Positions 16,486 through 25,830 of a stretch of DNA of 36,708 nt are shown here, one piece after another (within the stretch, counting starts at the first letter, position 1; every line of letters begins with the position of its first letter). The translations under genes were made by a program, and so were the position numbers. This DNA comes from a virus. Taxonomy: Duplodnaviria; Caudoviricetes. The stretch covers positions 1 through 36,708 of the IMG/VR virus record IMGVR_UViG_3300031460_000087. One strand, given 5' to 3'. A model generated the notes under the pieces. The model had not been told where the DNA came from, ran no database searches, and saw only the letters and a list, made by a program, of their open reading frames with translations.

Positions 16486-17099
16486 TGGTCGCGGTTCCCA
16501 ACGTCCCCGGCGTTCCGAACGTCGTCTTCGATACGGTTGCGGGCCTCGCCACGGCGCTGCTCACAGCGGACGGCCCCGGCGTGCTCGCGATCTTCGGCCC
16601 GCCGCAGTGGGGCGTCTTCAGCAATGGTGTTCCGGTCGTGGTCGCCGACACGGTGCTCGACCTTAGCCATCGGGTCGAGTTTTCCATCTGCAACTATCCC
16701 GTGGAACAGGGCGCGTTCGCCTCCTACAACAAGGTGCAGATCCCCTATCAGGCCCGCATCCGCTTCGCGGCCGGAGGTAATCCTGCGGCGCGCGATGCCC
16801 TGCTGACGTCGATCGACGCGATCGTGGGGGATCTCAACCTTTACGACGTCATCACGCCGGATGCCATTTATCAGAACGCCAACCTCGTGCGGCGCGAGTA
16901 CCGCCGCGAGGCGCAGGACGGCGTCAGCCTGCTCATGGTCGACGTGATCCTGGAAGAGGTGAGGCTCGTTGGCGACGGCACCACCATAGGCGGCACGCAA
17001 GCGCCGAGCGGGGCGAGCCAGGTGAACGACGGTTCGGTGCAAGCGGTACCGGCGACGGCGGCCCAAACGTCAGGATATCTCGCGAGCAGCAACGGCTGA
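16482..17099 (+). CDS. Baseplate (Dit-like) protein
   Basis: VP-x-x-PGVP, QWG-x-F, YPVEQGAFASYNKV-x-x-P motifs; synteny. Confidence 0.8.
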   Translation: MMVAVPNVPGVPNVVFDTVAGLATALLTADGPGVLAIFGPPQWGVFSNGVPVVVADTVLDLSHRVEFSICNYPVEQGAFASYNKVQIPYQARIRFAAGGNPAARDALLTSIDAIVGDLNLYDVITPDAIYQNANLVRREYRREAQDGVSLLMVDVILEEVRLVGDGTTIGGTQAPSGASQVNDGSVQAVPATAAQTSGYLASSNG

Positions 17100-17410
17100 T
17101 GCTCATCGTGCCTCTTAAATCCGTGCCGAACCAGACCGTCACCACATCGCTTGCCGGACAGACCACACAGATCGATGTTCGGCAGAAGCTCTATGGGGTG
17201 TTTCTCGACCTTTACGTCTCGAACGTCCTCATCATCGCCGGGGCGCTGTGCCTCGATCGCAACCCGCTTGTGCGGTCGCTCTATCTCGGGTTCACGGGCG
17301 ACCTGATGTTCTTCGACACGCAAGGGACATCGGACCCGAGTTATAATGGAATCGGGTCGCGGTGGTTGTTGGCGTATCTGGCGCCGGGTGAGGTCGTGGG
17401 GCGGGTTTAG
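17099..17410 (+). CDS. Small baseplate protein
   Basis: PL-x-x-VPNQ, YLGF-x-GDL-x-F-x-DTQG-x-x-DP-x-Y-x-G-x-GSRW motifs. Confidence 0.8.
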   Translation: MLIVPLKSVPNQTVTTSLAGQTTQIDVRQKLYGVFLDLYVSNVLIIAGALCLDRNPLVRSLYLGFTGDLMFFDTQGTSDPSYNGIGSRWLLAYLAPGEVVGRV

Positions 17411-17429
17411 TTTTCCGCTCTAAATTGGC

Positions 17430-17789
17430 TTAGAAAAGTGTTAAGCGTGATGTGACAATGACGTTATCGTCTCGTCTCTCATAAGAATATTCAGACTTCA
17501 TTATTGTTGCTTGTGCGTCATCCTTTCCCTTTATTTCTAGGTCTGCATTACAAGTTCCACCGCCATTATCAAGTTTGCGGACTGTAGAGATATTATGAAC
17601 CTCGACCGAACCATCTTTGGACGGCATTCGATCAATGTAAATCTTCCTTAGAGTGTTAACAACTTTCTGGTCTGAACACGAAAGACCGGTAAAAGAAGCG
17701 ATAAAATTACTTATATCTCCAGGGTTCAGAGTTGATGATGCAACAAGAGCAACAAGCGCAAGGATTACGAATATCAGAAGCTTACGCAT
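17430..17789 (-). CDS. Low-GC moron: exported or membrane-anchored hypothetical protein
   Basis: MRKLLIFVILALVALVA signal/anchor, two Cys, GGAGG RBS, markedly AT-rich relative to the flanks. Confidence 0.7.
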   Translation of the reverse strand: MRKLLIFVILALVALVASSTLNPGDISNFIASFTGLSCSDQKVVNTLRKIYIDRMPSKDGSVEVHNISTVRKLDNGGGTCNADLEIKGKDDAQATIMKSEYSYERRDDNVIVTSRLTLF

Positions 17790-17835
17790 TCCCACCTCCT
17801 TCGATACACGAACTCCTTATCGACTATCAGGGCAG

Positions 17836-18012
17836 TCATCGGGTTTTATCTCCCGTTCCTAGATAGCCCTTGGCGCGAAGGTGCTCGGTGAGAAGCTTTT
17901 CGATCAAGGCTGAGAGCGTGCGACCATCGTCGACGGCAGCCCGAGCCGCTAATGCCTTCAGTGAGGGCTTGGTCCGGATCATCGTTACGGAGGTTCGTTT
18001 TTCGTCGGCCAT
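17836..18012 (-). CDS. Ribbon-helix-helix (Arc-like) repressor, 58 aa, absent from the ORF track
   Basis: Hand translation: MADEKRTSVTMIRTKPSLKALAARAAVDDGRTLSALIEKLLTEHLRAKGYLGTGDKTR. Confidence 0.8.
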   Translation of the reverse strand: MADEKRTSVTMIRTKPSLKALAARAAVDDGRTLSALIEKLLTEHLRAKGYLGTGDKTR

Positions 18013-18018
18013 GGAATT

Positions 18019-18078
18019 TGTCTAACACAGTGCTTGACATGCGTCTATATGGGAGTATGTCTAACAGTGCGTTTGACA
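18019..18078. promoter_or_regulatory. Two 21-bp dyad operators overlapping a TTGACA promoter
   Basis: TGTCTAACACAGTGCTTGACA (18019-18039) and TGTCTAACAGTGCGTTTGACA (18058-18078). TTGACA at 18034-18039. Confidence 0.7.
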
Positions 18079-18081
18079 AAT

Positions 18082-18122
18082 CGGGCCGCCAAGGGATCGG
18101 AAGTCCCAAGGCAGCCCTAACC
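18082..18122 (+). ncRNA. Structured leader/ncRNA element, copy 2
   Basis: CGGGCCGCC-aaGGGATcggaaGTCCCaa-GGCAGCCCTAACC. The outer arms are identical to 346-385 and the inner stem differs but still pairs. Confidence 0.55.
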
Positions 18123-18146
18123 ACCGCGAACCTCTGGAGTCTCGCA

Positions 18147-18617
18147 ATGGCTGACCATACCGCTAGCACACTCTCGCGTTTCGTTCGCGGGGGCTTCGCA
18201 GGCTCCGTCCCCGTCCCCACGCCGGACCTGACGGCCGAAACCGTCGCGATGCTCGACGCGATACCGAACAGCCGGCGCGGCTTCCTCCGCGGCCTCGCCG
18301 CGCTGCCGCTCATCGGCGGCTCGGTGGCCATTCTCGGCAAGCCTACGCAAGCAGCGGTTCCTGTCACGATCGACCTGATGCAGAGCTATCAGGCATGGCT
18401 CCACTACGAGCACCGGATGCTGTCCTACGAGATGGCCGGCTACGATGTCCGGCTGGCCCAGGGCATCGAGGGTTGCACCCACATGAACAACCCGGGCGCC
18501 GACTATCACTTCAGGCAGCCGTACACCGGCCGTCCTCTCACAGGCTGGCCTGACGCCCCGCAGCCATCGACCCGCGCGGCCGTGGTGCTGAGCGCCGTGG
18601 GGTGCCCGCTGGCCTGA
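18147..18617 (+). CDS. Hypothetical prophage accessory protein with twin-arginine-like motif
   Basis: ATG at 18147 after GGAG; SRRGFLRGLAAL followed by a hydrophobic stretch. Confidence 0.65.
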   Translation: MADHTASTLSRFVRGGFAGSVPVPTPDLTAETVAMLDAIPNSRRGFLRGLAALPLIGGSVAILGKPTQAAVPVTIDLMQSYQAWLHYEHRMLSYEMAGYDVRLAQGIEGCTHMNNPGADYHFRQPYTGRPLTGWPDAPQPSTRAAVVLSAVGCPLA

Positions 18618-18739
18618 ACGACCGAACACCGAAATTCCCCTCCGCCAAGTGGGGATTAAGCGCGACCACGAGCTTCATCAGCCCGGCGGTCGCTTGTCGG
18701 CCACCCGTACGCGCTTCGGGTCTTGGCGGGCCGGCGCTG

Positions 18740-19717
18740 ATGAGGACTATTGAAATGAAATCTCCAAAGTCAGAGACGGTCACTGTTACCCCGCGCATGG
18801 CCGAGAATTGGCTTGCGACCTCGGTTTACGAAAGGCAGCGCAAGAGGTCGGAATGGCATGTGAAGCGCCTCACGCTGGAAATCGAGAAGGACCGCTTTCT
18901 CCTCGGGACGCAAATTCACTTCGGCGTGCTCAATGGAAAACCGAAGTTGGTGAATGGCCAACACACATTGGCGGCCATCGCGCAAAGCGGGAAGGCGATC
19001 AGGTTGACGGTCCTCTCGACGCCCGTTGAGAGCGAGGATGAACTCGGGCAACTGTACGGGCGCCATGATCGGCACAAAGGGCGGACACCGAGCGACGCCT
19101 TTCTGGGTATGGCGATGGCCGATAAGCTTGAACTGCACACCCAAGAAGTGAACGCTTTTGCGCCAGGGTTGCGGTGGGTGCTGAACAACTTTCGGCACCC
19201 GAAGGCCTCCGGTGACATCGAGATCGCAACGTCGCTCGACTATCTCGCGCATGAAATGGAAGGATGGGCGCCGGTCGCCAGGCAGTATTTTGGGCTCGTG
19301 AGGGAGGCCAACACCGGCTTGAAAGGGTCCTATCGTCGGATGCCTGTCGTTGCTGTTGGGCTCGCTACTGTGAAACATCAGCCGTTAAAGGCGCGGGATT
19401 TCTGGCTTGGTGCTGCGAATGATGACTCTCTCACCAAACACGACCCTCGCCACATGCTGAACGCCTTCCTTCGAAAAAAGACGAACTCAAAAGGCGACCC
19501 GCTGACCTATATGCGGACCGTTGCCGCATGTTGGAACAGGTTCTTCGAGAACGGCGAACTTCAGGTCCTACGCCCGTCCGGTTTGGGCAAAATTGGTATC
19601 ACTTTGAAGGGGACGCCGTTCAAGACAGTCGACAGGTTCGATGGTCGAGAGGATGAGGATGAAGCGCCGACTTTTGGCACTGCCGTTCAGGGAGTGTTTA
19701 CCGAGGCGAGGCCTTGA
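18740..19717 (+). CDS. ParB-like / DGQHR-related domain protein
   Basis: TVTP-x-MA-x-x-WL...QR...LVNGQHTLAAI pattern. Start 18740 or 18755. Confidence 0.65.
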   Translation: MRTIEMKSPKSETVTVTPRMAENWLATSVYERQRKRSEWHVKRLTLEIEKDRFLLGTQIHFGVLNGKPKLVNGQHTLAAIAQSGKAIRLTVLSTPVESEDELGQLYGRHDRHKGRTPSDAFLGMAMADKLELHTQEVNAFAPGLRWVLNNFRHPKASGDIEIATSLDYLAHEMEGWAPVARQYFGLVREANTGLKGSYRRMPVVAVGLATVKHQPLKARDFWLGAANDDSLTKHDPRHMLNAFLRKKTNSKGDPLTYMRTVAACWNRFFENGELQVLRPSGLGKIGITLKGTPFKTVDRFDGREDEDEAPTFGTAVQGVFTEARP

Positions 19718-20373
19718 TCGTGGTTGCGGAGATCGTAGCGCCGTTCAGCTACTCATCCGTGGCCATTGAGGCGGCGGATGAGCTTAAGGCGGTTGCTTCC
19801 CGTATCAAGCAGCGTCATCGGACGCATGTCGAGGCGGCCATCGGGACGGGTCGTGATCTCATCCGCGCCAAGGAGCTTTTAGGTCACGGCAGCTTTCTTC
19901 CCTGGCTGGAGGCGGAGTTTAGGTGGACCGAGCGTACCGCCCGGACCTACATGGCTATATCGGAATGCTTCGACGGCAAATCGGAAATAATTGCCGATTT
20001 GGGGATTGTGACAGCATCGTTGCTGGCCGCGAAATCTACCCCAACCGAGGCGCGTGATTTAGTTGTCAGCCGTCTTGCGGCCGGCGAGCGACTCGACCCC
20101 TCCGAGATCAAGCATATCGTCCAGGATGCCAAACCTGAGCGAAAGCATGGGAAAGCTACAGGTGCGGTCTCCAACCTTCAGCGCAAGCGAATGAAGGAAT
20201 GGGAACGTGAAAACGAAGAGCGCGAGCTTCGCGTGCGAGACGGGCGCGCTCGCGCGCTCGCTAAGCAGGCGGCAGAGATCATCATAGCTATGCTTGGGGA
20301 CCGAGTGGACGATGTTGCAGCACTTTTGCGAGATGCTGACATGAACCATTTCCGATCGTTGATCGTCCAGTGA
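19714..20373 (+). CDS. DUF3102-domain protein
   Basis: G-x-x-L-x-x-AKELLGHG-x-F-x-x-WL-x-x-EF-x-W-x-x-RTA-x-x-YM motif. Confidence 0.8.
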   Translation: MIVVAEIVAPFSYSSVAIEAADELKAVASRIKQRHRTHVEAAIGTGRDLIRAKELLGHGSFLPWLEAEFRWTERTARTYMAISECFDGKSEIIADLGIVTASLLAAKSTPTEARDLVVSRLAAGERLDPSEIKHIVQDAKPERKHGKATGAVSNLQRKRMKEWERENEERELRVRDGRARALAKQAAEIIIAMLGDRVDDVAALLRDADMNHFRSLIVQ

Positions 20374-20395
20374 TCTAGGCGAGAGCAGGACGTTT

Positions 20396-21268
20396 ATGGC
20401 CTTCACGAGGAAATACATCACCTGCGACTTCTTCCTCGCGCAAGGTGTCTTCACGGGTGGCGGCAATACCTACACGGCGAAGGGCCTTCGCATCTCGGCG
20501 CAAATCCTAAAAGCGGGCGGCGCGAGCTTCGGCCAAGCGGCACTGGCGATCTACGGCTTGCCCCTCAGTGTGATGAATCAGCTCGGCACTTTCGGCCAGA
20601 CCCTGACCATCACGGGAAAGAACACAGTTACGGTCAAGGCCGGTGACGATCCAAACAACCTCACGACGGTCTATGTCGGAACAATATTCAACGCCTACAT
20701 GGACGGCCAAAGCCAACCCAACGTCCCATTCCGCGTCGAGGCATCCGTTGTGGCCTATGAGGCAAACGTTCCTGTCCCGCCGACAACGCAGCCTGGATCG
20801 CAGGACGTCGGGGACTTGCTCGGGCAGATGGCGAAAGCCGCAAATCTGCAATTCGAGAATAATGGCGTCTCGACCAAGATCGCGAACCCCTACTATTGGG
20901 GGACTGCTATCCAGCAGATCGTCGCCTTAGCTGAGCACGCCGGTCTTGAGCACATCATAGATCTCGGCACGCTGGCAATCTGGAAACCGGGCTCGGCACG
21001 GCAGGGCGGTGGCGCGACCGTGTCGCCTTCCACAGGCATGGTCGGATACCCACGCTTCAATGCTCAAGGCATTGATATCACGGCGGAATTCCAGCCGACC
21101 TTCGTCTACGGGCAGAGCATCCAGGTCCAGTCATCCATCACGCCGGCGTGCGGGACATGGGTGATCTATCGGCTTGAATACGACCTTGAGTCCGAGACGC
21201 CGAACGGTCGCTGGTTCGTCGACATCTTGGCGGCCAAACCGAACCAGATGCCAGTTTCGTCTTCCTGA
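20396..21268 (+). CDS. Baseplate hub protein
   Basis: GLR, IYGL-x-x-x-x-MN-x-L, V-x-AGD, FENNGV, TGMVGYP motifs; synteny. Confidence 0.82.
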   Translation: MAFTRKYITCDFFLAQGVFTGGGNTYTAKGLRISAQILKAGGASFGQAALAIYGLPLSVMNQLGTFGQTLTITGKNTVTVKAGDDPNNLTTVYVGTIFNAYMDGQSQPNVPFRVEASVVAYEANVPVPPTTQPGSQDVGDLLGQMAKAANLQFENNGVSTKIANPYYWGTAIQQIVALAEHAGLEHIIDLGTLAIWKPGSARQGGGATVSPSTGMVGYPRFNAQGIDITAEFQPTFVYGQSIQVQSSITPACGTWVIYRLEYDLESETPNGRWFVDILAAKPNQMPVSSS

Positions 21269-21284
21269 TCCGAGAGCCGTCATC

Positions 21285-21932
21285 ATGACAGGAACCGATG
21301 GTTATGCCGGTCAGGCTGGACTCACGTCAGCCAACTCAGACCGCAACGCTCACCATTTCCAGACGAAGCAGCAGATCGCGAACGTCCGCGGTACGCACCC
21401 CGTCAAGATCGTGGCGGTCCATGGCGGCGGCGTCGGACCTGACCCCACGGTTGACGTGCAGATGCTCGTCAACCAGGCCGACGGCCAGGGCAACCCGACG
21501 CCTCACGGCACGATCTATGGCATCGCCGCACCCCGCAATCAGTCCGGCAACGGCGCCCTCATCAACGATCCTGTCGTCGGGGACATGGGTTACATGCACG
21601 TCGCCGACCGGGACACATCCTCGTTTCGCTCGACCAATGCTCAGGCGAACCCCGGATCGAACCGCCGCCACAGCCCATCGGACGGTGTGTTTACACGAGG
21701 GCACAACGGCACCGCGACCCCGAAGCAATACGTCCAGTTCCGCTCCGATGGCGTGACCATCATGGACGTCAACGGCCATCAAATCACGACTTATCCAAAT
21801 CGCATCGAAGTTGCTCCGAAAGAGGGCAGCGGCGCCATCCTCTATCTCGGGGGCGACGGGACGCATGGCACGTTCGATTTCGTGTCGACGGCGTCCGGTC
21901 CGTCCATCAACGTGAAGGCGCGCATCTCGTGA
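21285..21932 (+). CDS. Baseplate central spike (gpV/gp138-like)
   Basis: VDVQ-x-LVNQ-x-DG-x-G, DPVVGD-x-G, ADRD-x-S, PGS-x-RRH-x-x-SDG motifs. Confidence 0.82.
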   Translation: MTGTDGYAGQAGLTSANSDRNAHHFQTKQQIANVRGTHPVKIVAVHGGGVGPDPTVDVQMLVNQADGQGNPTPHGTIYGIAAPRNQSGNGALINDPVVGDMGYMHVADRDTSSFRSTNAQANPGSNRRHSPSDGVFTRGHNGTATPKQYVQFRSDGVTIMDVNGHQITTYPNRIEVAPKEGSGAILYLGGDGTHGTFDFVSTASGPSINVKARIS

Positions 21933-22279
21933 AAACGCTTCTTCTCGACACTGCCACCTGGGATCTCTGCCTCGACCGCGCCGGCAACATCGCGGTGGCC
22001 GACGACCCCTATGCTCAGGCGCAGGACGCCGCGTCCGCGATCCGCACGTTCCAGGGCGAGGTCTATTACGACACCTCGCTCGGCGTCCCCTACTTCGCCC
22101 AGATCCTGGGCAAGTTCCCGTCGCTTGCTCTACTCAAAGCCAAATTCTCAGCCGCAGCCCTCACCGTGCCGGGCGTGGTGAAGGTACGATGCTTCATCTC
22201 GAATTTCGAGGACCGTCAAGTGAACGGACAGGTCGAGATCTTGAACAGCAAGGGCGTGCGATCGTTCGTGGGGTTCTAG
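21929..22279 (+). CDS. Baseplate wedge protein (gp25/W-like)
   Basis: TLLLD-x-x-TWDL-x-LD-x-x-GNIA, AQD-x-ASAIR-x-F-x-GE-x-YYD-x-x-x-GVPY motifs. Confidence 0.82.
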   Translation: MKTLLLDTATWDLCLDRAGNIAVADDPYAQAQDAASAIRTFQGEVYYDTSLGVPYFAQILGKFPSLALLKAKFSAAALTVPGVVKVRCFISNFEDRQVNGQVEILNSKGVRSFVGF

Positions 22280-22283
22280 CCGC

Positions 22284-23717
22284 ATGAGCATTCCCAAGCC
22301 GACGTTCGGTCCGCAAGGCTTCGTCGCGCCAGCCCAAAGCGATATCCTCACAGGGGTCACTGGCGACATCAACGCGGCCCTCGGGGGCGGGGTCAATCCG
22401 GCGCTCAACACGCCACAAGGGCAACTCTCGTCTTCCGAGACGGCAGCGATCGGTGCCGCCAACGATCTCTTCGTCTATCTCGCCAGTCAGACCGATCCAG
22501 CCTTCGCGCAGGGGCGCATGCAGGATGCCATCGGCCGCATCTATTTCCTGCAGCGCAACCCGGCGCAGCCCACCACCGTACCGGGCGTGTGTATCGGTGC
22601 GCAGGGCGTCACGATCCCGGCCGGGGCTCGGGTCAAGGGGGCCGACGGCAACTACTACGACTGCCAGCAAACCGGTACGTTCGACGCGACCGGCATGATG
22701 ACGCTGCCCTTCGCCTGCGAGACGGTGGGGCCAATCCCGTGTCCGGCCGGTACGCTTGGGCAGATCTATAGCACCATTCCCGGATGGGACAGGGTCACCA
22801 ACACGACGGCGGGCGTGCCGGGCAATTTGGTCGAAAGCCGGACCGCCTTCGAGTCCCGACGCGGATTGTCCGTAGCGCAAAACAGCTTGGGATGGCTTCC
22901 GGCGATCCGTGGCGTCGTGCTGGCCGTGCCGGGCGTGCTCGACGCCTTCGTGGCCGAAAACCCGTCTGGCGTCGCCCAGATCGTCGGCGGCGTCTCGCTG
23001 GTGGCCAACAGCCTTTATGTGTGCGTGGCGGGCGGAGCCCCGGCCGCGGTAGCGCAGGCGATATGGTCGCGGAAGGCGCCGGGCTGCGCCTATACCGGAA
23101 ACACCACCGTCCAGGTCCAGGACCAGCAACCCGGCATGGTGCCGCCCTATCCGGCCTACAACGTCACCTATCAGACGGCGGCACCACTCAGCATCCTGTT
23201 CTCGGTCGTGATCGCCAATTCGCCGCTCGTGCCGGCGAATGCCAACGTGCTCATCCAGAACGCCATCGTGGCGACCTTTGCCGGGCTTGATGGGGGCGCT
23301 CGCGCCCGCATCGGCGTCGCACAGCTCGCGTCCCGCTACTATCCGACGCTCGCGGCACTCGGGCCATGGGCGCAAGTCGTCGACATCCTGATCGGCTCCA
23401 TCAACGCGCCCGCCTCGACCTTCGTGGGCTCGATCGCCACGAACGTCCTCACCGTGACGGCCATGGGCTCGGGGTCCGGCGCTATCGCGGTCGGGCAGAC
23501 GATCGACGATGCGTCGTCGCTCATCGTCAGGGGCACGCAAGTCCTGTCGCAGACGGGTGGCACGGCCGGCGGGATCGGCACTTACATGGTGTCGTCGAAC
23601 CAGACCGTAGCGTCCGAAACCATGTATGGCGCGACCGCTGCCGCTTTCCGGGTGACGCCGACCATCGCGCAGATCCCAGTGGCATCGGCAGTGAATATCG
23701 CGGTTTCAGTCCAGTGA
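22284..23717 (+). CDS. Baseplate J-like protein
   Basis: TPQGQL, DP-x-x-A-x-GRMQDAIGRIYFL-x-R, ESR-x-x-FE-x-RR, V-x-GVLDA motifs; C-terminal inserted beta-domain. Confidence 0.88.
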   Translation: MSIPKPTFGPQGFVAPAQSDILTGVTGDINAALGGGVNPALNTPQGQLSSSETAAIGAANDLFVYLASQTDPAFAQGRMQDAIGRIYFLQRNPAQPTTVPGVCIGAQGVTIPAGARVKGADGNYYDCQQTGTFDATGMMTLPFACETVGPIPCPAGTLGQIYSTIPGWDRVTNTTAGVPGNLVESRTAFESRRGLSVAQNSLGWLPAIRGVVLAVPGVLDAFVAENPSGVAQIVGGVSLVANSLYVCVAGGAPAAVAQAIWSRKAPGCAYTGNTTVQVQDQQPGMVPPYPAYNVTYQTAAPLSILFSVVIANSPLVPANANVLIQNAIVATFAGLDGGARARIGVAQLASRYYPTLAALGPWAQVVDILIGSINAPASTFVGSIATNVLTVTAMGSGSGAIAVGQTIDDASSLIVRGTQVLSQTGGTAGGIGTYMVSSNQTVASETMYGATAAAFRVTPTIAQIPVASAVNIAVSVQ

Positions 23718-24583
23718 CTGGAACGAATTGGCCGTATCCCCGCCCGCCCGGCGCGGGGTCGAACGCCGTTGGTGTTGGGGCGATTGGCGTCGCTCCGATC
23801 GGCAGTCTTCCGGCTTTCGATTGGCGCGCTACTGTAATCAGCCAATACGCCAACAGCGACGCGCTCGTTGCGCTGATCCAAAGCTTCGCCGCGGCGGTAG
23901 ACCAGACACAAAACATAGACGCACTCTACGACAACGTCCTTAACCTGGACACCGCTGTTGGCTACGGTCTTGATCGATGGGGCCGCATCGTTGGCGTCAA
24001 TCGCGCCCTGCAGGTTGCTAATGCTCAGTTCTTCGGCTTTGCCGAGGCTGGTGACGCCCTGCCGTTCGGCGATGCCCGGTTCCTCGGCTGGACGGCGCAT
24101 TTCGGTTTCGCAGAGGCCGGTGACGCGCAACCGTTCAACCAGGCTCCGTTCGGTGCACAGAAGATATGGGCCGGTGTCGATCCGCAAGGGGGCGGTGGCC
24201 CGTTCTATGCGGGCGGGGCGATCACCTCGAACTACGCCCTATCTGACCAAGTTTACCGACAGTTGATCTATACCAAGGCGGCGGCGAACATCAGTTCGGG
24301 CTCGATCCCCGCGATCAACGGTATCCTGCTGAGCCTGTTTCCGAACCGGGGCAACTGCTTCGTCGAGGAAGGCCAATTGCCGCAATACTTCGGTTTCGCG
24401 GAAGCCGGTGACGCGCAACCGTTCGGACAGGCGCCGTTCTACCTGAGCGGAACGATCCCCCGAATGGTCATGACTTACGTTTTCAATTTCGCACTGTCGC
24501 CTGTCGAGCGGGCCATCGTGGCGCAATCCGGCGTGCTGCCGAAGCCGGTCGGCGTCGCCGCATCCGTGGTCGTCGTCCCTTAA
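23714..24583 (+). CDS. Baseplate wedge protein (DUF2612)
   Basis: TVISQYANS, DTA-x-GYGLD-x-WGRIVG, KA-x-ANI, LP-x-P-x-GV motifs; GTG start overlapping the J stop. Confidence 0.85.
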   Translation: MTGTNWPYPRPPGAGSNAVGVGAIGVAPIGSLPAFDWRATVISQYANSDALVALIQSFAAAVDQTQNIDALYDNVLNLDTAVGYGLDRWGRIVGVNRALQVANAQFFGFAEAGDALPFGDARFLGWTAHFGFAEAGDAQPFNQAPFGAQKIWAGVDPQGGGGPFYAGGAITSNYALSDQVYRQLIYTKAAANISSGSIPAINGILLSLFPNRGNCFVEEGQLPQYFGFAEAGDAQPFGQAPFYLSGTIPRMVMTYVFNFALSPVERAIVAQSGVLPKPVGVAASVVVVP

Positions 24584-24595
24584 GGAACCATCCCG

Positions 24596-25822
24596 ATGAG
24601 GGCTAATCAGATACCGGCGAAGTTCCCGATGCCGTTCGGCGCGAATGCGGGGCCGGCGCTCATCAGGGCGATTCCGACTGCATCGCAAATCGGTATCACG
24701 AACGGTGCGGCTTCGCTCAACGATGGGTTCCCGCCTCTTACCGGAACCGCGCTCGCCTCGGGTGGCGTCCCCCCTGCGATGCAGGATTTCAACGGCATTA
24801 TGCAGTTGATGTCGGCTTGGGATCAATGGACCGCCGCGGCTGGGCTGGCACCCTACGATCCCGGTTTCTCGACGCTCATCGGCGGTTATCCGCAGGGCGC
24901 CACGGTATTGTCCGCCGCGACGACCGGTCGCGTGTGGATCTCCACCCTCGACAACAACACCGTGAACCCGGACAGCGCGGGGCAGACGGCATGGCTGCCG
25001 CTGATGCTGTCCAGCGACGTCCTCGCGCTGATTTTCGCCAACGCCGTCCGCATCCTTCCCGCGGGCGCCACCTTCTACGTGTCGCCGACCGGAAACGACA
25101 ACAACGACGGCCTCACGACCGCGACCGCACTGGTCACCATCACGGCAGCGGCCCGGAAAGCAGCGGCGCTCTACGTACCGGGCGGCTCCGTCAACATCCA
25201 GCTTATCGGCTATGCCGGCACCCAGGTGCTCTTCGTGGCGCCGACGCTGCCTTCGATGTCGACGCCACTGACCATCACCGGCGACGTCGCCAACCCGAAC
25301 AACTACCGCATCTACAATCCCAGCGGCGGCGTCATCGGTGTCTCGGGACTGAACGTCAACCTGGTCGGCCTCCAACCCTATAATCAGGGCAATACCTACA
25401 ATACCCTGTCGGTATCGTCCGGCACTGTGACCCTCAACCAGGTCAACTTTAGCGGCATTGGCGGCAACAACTTCGCCCACATCGCCCTATTTGCCGGTGG
25501 CGTCCTCAACATCAACGGCAACGTGCAGTTCCAATGCAACGCACAGACCGCAATATCGATGTCGGGCGGCGTGCTCACGGCCGGTTCGGCCCCGGGCACG
25601 GTCATCTCGACCAGCGTGGCGCTGACGTTCCAGTATATCCTGCGGCTTACCAAGCTTGCGGCCGCCAGCTTCGCACCATCGACTGTGACTTGGTCGGGCT
25701 CTTTCACCGGTCAGAAGTACCTGATTGATCAGAACTCGGTGCTCGACTGCGCCGGCCAGGCCTCGACCTACGTTCCCGGCAACATCGCGGGCGCGACCGC
25801 GCTCGGTGGCGTGGCGAATTGA
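24596..25822 (+). CDS. Tail fibre/receptor-binding protein
   Basis: IP-x-x-SQI...GAAS-x-x-DGFPP...GGVPP...DFNG...GGYP-x-GA N-terminal anchor; YVSPTGND-x-NDG followed by a beta-helix-like C-terminus. Confidence 0.85.
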   Translation: MRANQIPAKFPMPFGANAGPALIRAIPTASQIGITNGAASLNDGFPPLTGTALASGGVPPAMQDFNGIMQLMSAWDQWTAAAGLAPYDPGFSTLIGGYPQGATVLSAATTGRVWISTLDNNTVNPDSAGQTAWLPLMLSSDVLALIFANAVRILPAGATFYVSPTGNDNNDGLTTATALVTITAAARKAAALYVPGGSVNIQLIGYAGTQVLFVAPTLPSMSTPLTITGDVANPNNYRIYNPSGGVIGVSGLNVNLVGLQPYNQGNTYNTLSVSSGTVTLNQVNFSGIGGNNFAHIALFAGGVLNINGNVQFQCNAQTAISMSGGVLTAGSAPGTVISTSVALTFQYILRLTKLAAASFAPSTVTWSGSFTGQKYLIDQNSVLDCAGQASTYVPGNIAGATALGGVAN

Positions 25823-25830
25823 GGACGACC

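Noticed and set aside
17952-18146. Upstream extension of the 18147-18617 ORF
   Set aside because: It overlaps the RHH gene, operators and leader element. ATG at 18147 has an RBS.
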